Assembly (NCBI GenBank): GCA_031364845.1
Contig: JANLWX010000218.1
Span: 1-18,184 of the forward strand
Length of the DNA: 18,184 nucleotides
Direction of reading: 5' to 3'
Origin: Candidatus Eiseniibacteriota bacterium
GTDB taxonomy: Bacteria > Eisenbacteria > RBG-16-71-46
Position 1 is the stretch's first letter. Every line of letters begins with the position of its first letter. A program made the position numbers and the translations under genes. The notes under the pieces are model-generated. The model saw only the letters and a program-made list of their open reading frames with translations. It made no database searches and was not told the DNA's origin. Below, piece by piece: positions 7,719 to 15,032 of the stretch.

Positions 7719-9059
7719 GTGAAGCTGCGCCATGCCGTACTCGCCATCCTGCTGACTGCATCCCTCCCCCTGCCGCTCGCCGCGCAGGAATCGAACGAAC
7801 GCGTCAACGAACTCGAGCGAAAGGTCGACGTGCTGACCCAGGAGCTCGCGAATCTCAAGCTCGGCCAAGGCTCCGCGGCGATGGACACCTCGCCAATGCG
7901 GGCGCGCTACGGCCTCGCGCCGGCAGCAGCCAAGGTCTACGGAGGTCACGGCGTCTCGATCGGCGGATATGGTGAGATGCTGTTCGAGAAGGGCGACCGC
8001 AAACGCGAGGACGGCGCCCCGAGCGGCGGCACCGACCGCATCGACTTCCTGCGTCAGATCCTCTACGTCGGCTACAAGTTCGACGACCGCCTGCTGTTCA
8101 ATTCCGAGATCGAGATCGAACACGCCGGCGTGTTCGACGAGGCCGAAGTGGAAGTCGACACCGGAACCGGCGAAGGCACTGCGGAACTGACCGGCGAAGT
8201 CGTGCTGGAGTTCGCCTACATCGACTTGATGCTGCGTCCTCAGTTCGGGCTGCGCGCCGGCATGTTGCTCGTGCCGCTCGGACTCACCAACGAGATGCAC
8301 GAGCCTCCGGTGTTCCTCGGCGCGCGACGTCCCGATGTCGAGCGCAACGTCATCCCGACCACGTGGCGCGCGAACGGCGCCGGTGTCTACGGTGAGTTCG
8401 CGAACGGCCTCTCGTACCGCGCGTACGTGATCGAGGGCCTCGACGGGGCGCACTTCTCCGCATCGAGCACCGTGCGCAGTGGCCGACAGAACGGCTCGCG
8501 GAGCACGATCCTGAAGCCGGCGTTCGCCGCACGGCTCGACTGGGCCGGCAATCAGGGACTCCAGCTCGGCGTCTCCGCCTTCACCGGAACCGCGTGGCAG
8601 GCTGCGCAGCCTGCGGGTGTGAACCTCGACCCGCGGGTCACGTTGTGCGACATCCATGCACGCTGGCAGTGGCGCGGCCTCGAATCGCGTGCCCTGCTGG
8701 TCGCGGGGACGCTCGACGATGCCAGCGATCTCTCCGACGTACTCGGGCTCGCCGGTTCCGAACGGCTCGGTGAGAAGTTCACGGGAGGCTACATCGAGGC
8801 GGGCTACGACGTGCTCCAGACGTTGGCACCCGGCTCGCGCTATCGCATGACGCCTTACGTGCGCTACGAAACTTACGACACGCAGAACGACGTGCCCGGC
8901 GGCTTGGAGAATCCCGCGAACGAACATCGCGTGATCACCGCCGGCGCCGCGTTCGCGCCACATCCGCAGGTCGTGCTCAAGATCGATCGCGAGCAGCGGC
9001 ACAACGAAGCGGAAACCGACGTCAACCGCTGGAATGCGGCGCTCGGATATCTGTTCTAG
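7719..9059 (+). CDS. Outer-membrane beta-barrel porin (OprO/OprP-like architecture)
   Basis: GGAG RBS and GTG 7719. Signal peptide (…LPLAA/QE), N-terminal coiled coil (ERVNELERKVDVLTQEL), SIGGYGE, amphipathic beta strands, and C-terminal LGYLF typical of beta-barrel proteins. Confidence 0.85.
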   Translation: MKLRHAVLAILLTASLPLPLAAQESNERVNELERKVDVLTQELANLKLGQGSAAMDTSPMRARYGLAPAAAKVYGGHGVSIGGYGEMLFEKGDRKREDGAPSGGTDRIDFLRQILYVGYKFDDRLLFNSEIEIEHAGVFDEAEVEVDTGTGEGTAELTGEVVLEFAYIDLMLRPQFGLRAGMLLVPLGLTNEMHEPPVFLGARRPDVERNVIPTTWRANGAGVYGEFANGLSYRAYVIEGLDGAHFSASSTVRSGRQNGSRSTILKPAFAARLDWAGNQGLQLGVSAFTGTAWQAAQPAGVNLDPRVTLCDIHARWQWRGLESRALLVAGTLDDASDLSDVLGLAGSERLGEKFTGGYIEAGYDVLQTLAPGSRYRMTPYVRYETYDTQNDVPGGLENPANEHRVITAGAAFAPHPQVVLKIDREQRHNEAETDVNRWNAALGYLF

Positions 9060-9634
9060 TGAAACGACTTCCGCACGGGTTCACCCGCGCGCTGGCGGTG
9101 GTCGCGGCACTCGCCGCGGCCGCCCCCGCGGGCGCCGCGGTGCAACTGACGCGCGATCAGGCGCTGGCGCTCGCGTTCCCGCGCGCGCGCACCGAAGCGC
9201 TGAGTTGGGTGCTGACCGACGGCCAGGCGCGCGCGGTCGAGCAGCGGGCGAAAGTAAAGGTGCGCAGCAAGCTGCTCGCGGCCACCGCCGGCTTTCGCGG
9301 CGACACGCTCACGGGAGTCGCATTCTTCGACTCGCGCACGGTGCGCACGATGCCCGGCGTGTTCATGGTCGTGGTCGCGCCCGACACGACGATCGCGCGC
9401 ATCGATGTGGTCGCGTTCCACGAACCTCCCGACTACCGCCCGCCATCGCGGTGGCTCGGCCTGTTTCCGCGACGCCGGCTCGGCGACGGAATGTGGTCGG
9501 GCCACGACATCCGCAACCTCTCGGGCGCCAGCCTGAGCGCGCGCGCCGTCACCGAGAGCGCGCGGCTGGCACTCGCCGAGTACGAACTCATCGTGGCCCC
9601 CGATCTGGCGCGCCGCGAACCGAAGGGACGATGA
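9059..9634 (+). CDS. Exported FMN-binding domain protein (predicted ApbE substrate)
   Basis: Signal peptide; FHEPPDY motif; flavinylation-type [S/T]GA[S/T] motif in IRNLSGASLSARAV; start overlaps the porin stop (TAGTG). Confidence 0.85.
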   Translation: MKRLPHGFTRALAVVAALAAAAPAGAAVQLTRDQALALAFPRARTEALSWVLTDGQARAVEQRAKVKVRSKLLAATAGFRGDTLTGVAFFDSRTVRTMPGVFMVVVAPDTTIARIDVVAFHEPPDYRPPSRWLGLFPRRRLGDGMWSGHDIRNLSGASLSARAVTESARLALAEYELIVAPDLARREPKGR

Positions 9635-10149
9635 AGTACCTCCAGTCCGGTGGATTCCAGAACCAGCCGCTGATGCGGCTCACCCTCGGACTCGCGCTGC
9701 TGCTGCTCGCGGGCTTCTGGGTCACGAATCTCGCGCTTTACTTCTCGCATATGACGCTCGACCCCGCGAGCGTCGTGAACTACTACCGCGGCAACGAAGC
9801 TGAATTCCTGCCGGCGCGTTCGGCTACGAGCATGCTCGAAGTCACGCACATGCATCTGCCGATGTTCGCGGTCGTGCTGCTGCTGCTCACGCACCTGCTG
9901 ATCTTCGCTCCGATGCGATTCGCGATGAAGGTCGCGTTCATCATCGCGGCGTTCGGTTCGGCACTGCTGTCGGAAGGCGCGGGCTGGATGACGCGCTTCT
10001 GGCATCCGGGGTTCGCGGTGCTCAAGGTGGCAATGTTCGTCGGGTTCCAGGCGATGCTGGCCTACCTGATCGTCGGACTCGGGATTTTTCTCGCGCGCGC
10101 GGGATCGACGAGCCGGAAGAAACACTCCGCGCGACGTCAGCATCCGTAG
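9631..10149 (+). CDS. Uncharacterised inner-membrane protein, about 4 TM helices, with His residues
   Basis: ATGA overlap with the upstream gene; 172 aa; hydrophobic segments; YYRG and LEVTHMHL...LLTHL. Confidence 0.8.
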   Translation: MKYLQSGGFQNQPLMRLTLGLALLLLAGFWVTNLALYFSHMTLDPASVVNYYRGNEAEFLPARSATSMLEVTHMHLPMFAVVLLLLTHLLIFAPMRFAMKVAFIIAAFGSALLSEGAGWMTRFWHPGFAVLKVAMFVGFQAMLAYLIVGLGIFLARAGSTSRKKHSARRQHP

Positions 10150-10281
10150 GACCACGGAGGCACTCGGCGGGCGGCGCGCTGTTTCGCGCTATTCCCCGCC
10201 GCCCGTTCGACGTACCCTCCTGATCCTCGGCGACGCAGGTCGTGAATCTGCCCCTTCGCAGCCCAACTTCTCGGAGGAACC

Positions 10282-10659
10282 ATGAACACCCGGCGTTCGA
10301 TCACGCTCGTGGCCGCAACCTCGCTCTTCGTGATGCTCGGAGTCATCGGCTGCTCAAAGAGTGACTCGGGACCCACCGGACCTCCGGCAGGCACCAGCTT
10401 CAATTCGGGCACGATCGCCCCCGCGGGCCAATTTCAGTTCGTGTTCCCGACTGAGGGCCACTTCCCCTACCACTGCTCGATCCACCCGGGGATGCAGGCT
10501 TCCATCCACGTCGTGGCCGGGGGCGGCGATACGGCGCGCGTGGAGATCGCGAACTCGACCGCGACGGGCTTTCAGCCTCAGCTTTCGACGGTCCGTCCCG
10601 GCGGCCGCGTGATCTGGACCAACATCAGTTCGGCGAACCACACGGTCACCAGCGACTGA
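10282..10659 (+). CDS. Cupredoxin (plastocyanin/azurin-like) lipoprotein, apparently circularly permuted
   Basis: GGAGG RBS; lipobox VIGC; YHCSIHPGM type-1 copper loop; the WTN...HTVT motif lies at the C-terminus. Confidence 0.85.
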   Translation: MNTRRSITLVAATSLFVMLGVIGCSKSDSGPTGPPAGTSFNSGTIAPAGQFQFVFPTEGHFPYHCSIHPGMQASIHVVAGGGDTARVEIANSTATGFQPQLSTVRPGGRVIWTNISSANHTVTSD

Positions 10660-10734
10660 CATCGCCGTGACGTTGACGGCGCGAGGTCGGCGCCGCGGTC
10701 GGTCGATCCCGGTTGCAGACTCTACAAACCCGAA

Positions 10735-10767
10735 GCGCCCCCGCCGCAAACCCTGTGGCGGGGGCGC
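10735..10767 (+). terminator. GC-rich hairpin, possible terminator after the cupredoxin gene
   Basis: GCGCCCCCGCCGCA-AACCC-TGTGGCGGGGGCGC, a 14-bp stem with one G-U pair; no clear U tract. Confidence 0.45.
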
Positions 10768-10854
10768 AACACGTTTGGCGGGCGAAGTCCGCAACGGCAT
10801 GGATCGAGCGCCTGATTCCAGCGCATTGACCCCGCGATGCATTCATTCACGAGT

Positions 10855-10871
10855 TTGGCACCGCGCGTGCA
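10855..10871 (+). promoter_or_regulatory. Sigma54 (-24/-12) promoter
   Basis: TTGGCAC-CGCGC-GTGCA: GG-N10-GC spacing, one mismatch to TGGCAC-N5-TTGCA, about 50 bp upstream of ATG 10923. Confidence 0.7.
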
Positions 10872-10922
10872 TATGACCGCCGTGCCGCCTCGAAACCCGA
10901 CCCACGTCGTTCGGAGGACTCG

Positions 10923-11504
10923 ATGTCTCACTCACTCCACACCCGCTGGCTCGCTGCAACTCTCGCCGGCGTGATGGCACTCGGCGCGATGGCTCCGGCC
11001 GCCGAAGCCGGTCATGGACACGGCCGCGGAAAGACGAAACGGTACAAGGACGCCAGCTGTGAGACCCGCGTCGTCCGCAGTTCGCAGCGCTCGCGTGTCA
11101 TCGTTCGTGAGCGCTCGGGCGGCGGCCAGTTGGGCGCGTTCGTGGGCGGGCTGATCCTCGGTGCGGTCGTCTCCAACGCAGCCGCTTCGGCAAACGACCG
11201 CTCGTACGATGAACCTCCGCGATATCGCGATGACGGTTACGACTCCTACGCGCAGCCTGCGAACTACTACTACGACTCTTATTGCGGTGTCCGCTACGAC
11301 TCGTTCGATGACTGCGAATCTCACTACAGCCACTGCCGGCATCCGCAGGTGATTCAGGTGATCGAGATTCGCTCCGGAGACACGGTCGACCGCTGCCACT
11401 ACGACGACGGCCGGTGGCGCGACGGCAACGGCCGCTACGGCGCCGATCGCCGCTACGAAGACGAGCGCTGGAACGACGATCGCTACGAGGACTACCGGCG
11501 GTAA
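10923..11504 (+). CDS. Secreted hypothetical protein with a glycine-zipper-like segment and Tyr/Asp/Arg-rich regions
   Basis: GGAGG RBS; signal peptide (…APAAEA); GAFVGGLILGAVV; low-complexity C-terminus. Confidence 0.8.
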   Translation: MSHSLHTRWLAATLAGVMALGAMAPAAEAGHGHGRGKTKRYKDASCETRVVRSSQRSRVIVRERSGGGQLGAFVGGLILGAVVSNAAASANDRSYDEPPRYRDDGYDSYAQPANYYYDSYCGVRYDSFDDCESHYSHCRHPQVIQVIEIRSGDTVDRCHYDDGRWRDGNGRYGADRRYEDERWNDDRYEDYRR

Positions 11505-11587
11505 ACGAGTTCACGAGCGTGTGAGCTCGCCAGGCGCACTCGGAGCTGGGGAGCATCCAGGGTGCGACAACGGGCTCACCGAAAACG

Positions 11588-11615
11588 ACGGGCGGTGTCG
11601 AAAGACGCCGCCCGT
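11588..11615. terminator. Hairpin between convergent genes, probable (bidirectional) terminator
   Basis: ACGGGCGGTGTC-GAAA-GACGCCGCCCGT. Confidence 0.65.
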
Positions 11616-11631
11616 TCGTGTGTGGCGGCGT

Positions 11632-13167
11632 CTAGGCCGCGAGCAACTCTCCGGTGTTGAAGGTGAACTCGTCCGGGCGCATCACGCGCTCGACCTGCTC
11701 GTGCGGCGGCATCGGCGTCCACAACACCGGATCGTGCTCGGGCACCAGGCTGCCGTCAGGCTTCACCAGCACACGGCAGTGCGGGCGGCGCAGGTCGTTC
11801 ACGTTCGGCGACAGCGACAACACCATGTGGCCCGATTCGGTCTGCAGCATCGAGCCGGCGGGATAAAGGCCGACGGTGCGCACCAGCGCCCACAGCACGG
11901 CCGGATCGAACATCACGCGGTTCGGTCCCATGAAGTACTGCAGCGCCTCGAACGAGCTGAGCGGCACCGACTGGTAGACACGGTGCGCGGTCATCGCATC
12001 GAAGCAGTCGGCGACGGCCACGATGCGCGACAGCGTCGCCTGCCCCCACTCGTGCTCGACCTCGGGGTAGCCGGTGCGGTCGAAGTTCATGTGATGTTCG
12101 AAGGCGGCCCGCGTCGAATCGAGCGTGAGCCTCGAGAGGCCCGGCATGCGGAACATCATCTTCACGCCGTTCAGCGGGTGGCGCTTCATCAACTCCCACT
12201 CGGACGCCGAAAGCTTCGCCGGCTTGCGCAGGATCGAGCCCGGCACCATGAGTTTGCCGATGTCATGCAGCAGCCCGGCGACGCCCAGATCCGCAAGCGT
12301 CTGTCGCGGCAGATTGAGCATGTTGCCCATGCCGATCGAAAGAATGCTCACGTTGACGCAATGGGCGTACGTGTATTCGTCGTGATCCTTGAGCGCCGTG
12401 AGGCCAACCACCGTGTGCTCGTTCTTGAGGATGCCGTCGACGACCGGCTGGACCAGGCGCTTTGCGTGACGCAGGTCGGGGCGGCCGGTCTGGCGCGCGC
12501 GCAGCACGATCTTCTTGGTGCCGAGCACCGTGCGCCAGAACACGCGCTTCGCGCGGCCGCGCTCGGAGGCGGGTTCGTGCGTCTCGAGCGGGACCGTCTC
12601 CTCGTCGACCAAAGTCTGCGGCCCGAGCGGAACGATGTGGAAGATGCTCGCTTCCTGTGCGGCTTCATCGAAGCGCGAGGCGAGCGCCGGATCCTCGGCC
12701 GCCATGAACAGCTGGAAGAAGCGTTCGAACTCCGCACTGGTGACACCCTGGACGAACTTGAGTCCGCCGATCGATCGGCGTTCGAACTCCGAGAGCAGCG
12801 CGTGGTAGAGCGTCAGAGAGTTCGAGGCCGCGCGAACCCGCACGCCGTTCAGGTAGAAGTATTCCGAGACCGCCGACAGCGTGACGTCCGTCTCTTCCTC
12901 CAGCACCCGCAGCAGGAGCGTCATGAACTCTTGAAGAATGCGCTGGAACGCCTGATTGGAAACGTCGTGTGTGCGCGAGGTGCGGATCAGGGTCGTGAGC
13001 TGGATGACGAGCGGGACGCCGATGCCCGCAAGGAACGCCTGCTCGGATTCGGGCGCGGGGGCGGCCGGTAGCTCTGGAGCCCGTGCGTCGCCCGAGGGCG
13101 GGCCTAAGTTCAGCCCAGGCCGATCGGCGGAACTGCGCGGCGTGTCGTCCATCCCGTCGCGGCTCAT
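11632..13167 (-). CDS. HD-GYP domain protein (putative cyclic dinucleotide phosphodiesterase)
   Basis: DEYTYAHCVNV, LLHDIGK, LRKPAKLS...HP, HHMNFDRTGYP and ADCFDAMT motifs. ATG 13167 overlaps the upstream stop (ATGA). Confidence 0.92.
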   Translation of the reverse strand: MSRDGMDDTPRSSADRPGLNLGPPSGDARAPELPAAPAPESEQAFLAGIGVPLVIQLTTLIRTSRTHDVSNQAFQRILQEFMTLLLRVLEEETDVTLSAVSEYFYLNGVRVRAASNSLTLYHALLSEFERRSIGGLKFVQGVTSAEFERFFQLFMAAEDPALASRFDEAAQEASIFHIVPLGPQTLVDEETVPLETHEPASERGRAKRVFWRTVLGTKKIVLRARQTGRPDLRHAKRLVQPVVDGILKNEHTVVGLTALKDHDEYTYAHCVNVSILSIGMGNMLNLPRQTLADLGVAGLLHDIGKLMVPGSILRKPAKLSASEWELMKRHPLNGVKMMFRMPGLSRLTLDSTRAAFEHHMNFDRTGYPEVEHEWGQATLSRIVAVADCFDAMTAHRVYQSVPLSSFEALQYFMGPNRVMFDPAVLWALVRTVGLYPAGSMLQTESGHMVLSLSPNVNDLRRPHCRVLVKPDGSLVPEHDPVLWTPMPPHEQVERVMRPDEFTFNTGELLAA

Positions 13168-14912
13168 TCGCGCGGTGCCCAGCCCATCAGGGCTTCTTCG
13201 CATGCGCGCCGCACCAGCGGGCGGCGCGACTGACTGCCGCGCCGCAGCGCTTCCATCGACTGCAGGGTTCCGATCCGCGCGAGACATCGCGCGATGCCCT
13301 GCTGATACTCCTCGCGTCCGAGGGAGAACCAGTTCCCGCTGATCAGCTCGGCTTCGAGTTCGGGAATCAGCTCGTCGCCTCCCAGGATGGCGATCGCCTG
13401 ATAGACCGCGCGCTGCTCCGCGCCCGGCCGCTTCTCGAAGTCCGGCCGCCGCATGAGCAGGAACATCCGCCGCGCGAGTTCGGCGTCGGGCCCGGTCGAC
13501 AACGCGTGCAGCACCGAACAGAACGTGCGCGTATCCGCCTGATCGATCATGCCGAGCAACATCGGACGTCCGGCTCGAGGCGGAAGCGCGCTGAGCGCCG
13601 TCACCACTTCGTAGCGCACGCGGGGCTCGGGATGACGGATCACGTCCTCGAGCAGTTCGGCGACGTGTTCCCCGCCGATCACTCCGAGCATGTGCGTGAC
13701 GTAGCGCACGACGTGCCATCGCGGATCGGCGAGCCACGGCGCGAGCCGGTCGGGGTGATTGCGGCAGCGCTCGACGATGGCGTCGATCAGCACGCGATGC
13801 GCCCGGCGCGACCGGCACTGCGCGAGCGCGCTCACCATGATGTCGATCTCGATGGTCCCGAGACTCTGGGCCAGCTCGGAGAAGTCGAGGACCGATTCCG
13901 CATCCTGTTCATCGAGCTGCGCGGCGACGGCCGCGACGGAAATCGGCTGCATCAATTCCTGGACGAACGTTTCCTTGGACCACTGCGCGTGACCGTGACG
14001 CTCGAGCAGAGACACCGCTTCGGCGGCCTCGATCCACCGGCCGGTCCCGAGTGACTCGCGCAGCACGCGCGGGAGAAAGCGTCCGAGGTCGCCGTCGGAA
14101 GTGCCATCGCCACCGGCCGCCAGATACGCCTGCACGAGCGCGATCGCAGTCGTCGTGATCGGCACCTCGTGCTCGGCGTGGTACTCGGCGTGAAAGCGCC
14201 GCACTTCGGCCGGAGCGAGACTCTCGAGCTCGGCGAAGCCGGCTTCGGCTTCGAGCGTGAGCTCGCGAATCGTCCAGTCGTCCGAACGCGGCTCGGCCGG
14301 TCCTTCGGAATCGTCCTCCTCCGCTTCGACGATCTGCGCTTCCGTTTCGTCCGGCTCGGGCCATGGCATCGGTTCGTCGTCGTCGACATCGGCACCGGCG
14401 CTCACATCGCTTTCCGCGGCAACGTAGTCGATGTCGATGTTGGCGAGGTGACTCTCCCACAGCAGCGTCACCAGATCGTCGTCCCCCTGACCCATGGCCG
14501 TCACGCGAATGATGGCCGAGATCAGCGCCTCGAGCTGATCGCGCGTGGTGCCGGCATTGAAGGTCAGGCCGCGGATGCCGTCGCGATAGAACGGCAGCGC
14601 GAGATTGTCTTCGCGCGAGCGCGCCAGATAGAGCGACGCCTCCTCGTAGCACACGTCGCTCGACGAGAACTTGAGGACGAGCGGGCCGTGTTCCCGATGG
14701 AAACGCGCGAGCGCGTCGGCGAGGTCCGAGAGGAACCGATCGACCGTGGAGTTGCCGTTCTGTTCGTAGAGCCGGCAGGTCTTGAGCGTGCGCGCGAACT
14801 GATGCACCCAATGGCGCGCGGCCATGGTGGCCGGCGTCTCGTCAGGTGTCGCGTGAGGGTCCGCGTCGAGCGCAGGCCGCGATGTGCCGGGAACCCCGGC
14901 GGGAACCGTCAT
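13164..14912 (-). CDS. HEAT-repeat domain protein
   Basis: LADPRWHVVRYVTHMLG, HPEPRVRYEVVTAL and LVRRACEEAL repeats; acidic linker; translationally coupled to the HD-GYP gene. Confidence 0.82.
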   Translation of the reverse strand: MTVPAGVPGTSRPALDADPHATPDETPATMAARHWVHQFARTLKTCRLYEQNGNSTVDRFLSDLADALARFHREHGPLVLKFSSSDVCYEEASLYLARSREDNLALPFYRDGIRGLTFNAGTTRDQLEALISAIIRVTAMGQGDDDLVTLLWESHLANIDIDYVAAESDVSAGADVDDDEPMPWPEPDETEAQIVEAEEDDSEGPAEPRSDDWTIRELTLEAEAGFAELESLAPAEVRRFHAEYHAEHEVPITTTAIALVQAYLAAGGDGTSDGDLGRFLPRVLRESLGTGRWIEAAEAVSLLERHGHAQWSKETFVQELMQPISVAAVAAQLDEQDAESVLDFSELAQSLGTIEIDIMVSALAQCRSRRAHRVLIDAIVERCRNHPDRLAPWLADPRWHVVRYVTHMLGVIGGEHVAELLEDVIRHPEPRVRYEVVTALSALPPRAGRPMLLGMIDQADTRTFCSVLHALSTGPDAELARRMFLLMRRPDFEKRPGAEQRAVYQAIAILGGDELIPELEAELISGNWFSLGREEYQQGIARCLARIGTLQSMEALRRGSQSRRPLVRRACEEALMGWAPRE

Positions 14913-14957
14913 GGTGAGACTGTGCCCCGGGTCGAAAGGGTGAGGAGTCCGTTCAGG

Positions 14958-14985
14958 TTATCGGCGCGCGCGGCCGATGGGTTGA
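14958..14985 (-). promoter_or_regulatory. Sigma28 (FliA/SigD/WhiG)-type promoter
   Basis: Minus strand TCAA-N16-GCCGATAA, 45 bp upstream of ATG 14912; the -10 is a perfect match. Confidence 0.6.
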
Positions 14986-15032
14986 GGCGCGTTCCGGTGC
15001 CCGGGGCACGAGGGGACCGCGCGCGGCAGGGC

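Noticed and set aside
6921..9002. Long antisense ORFs (also 1004..2608, 3027..4301, 11521..13071, 14169..15461)
   Set aside because: Typical high-GC antisense shadows of well-supported genes, with no recognisable motifs.
13168..13818. N-terminal extension of the 728-aa HD-GYP ORF
   Set aside because: Overlaps the HEAT gene out of frame; the ATGA-coupled start at 13167 is more plausible.
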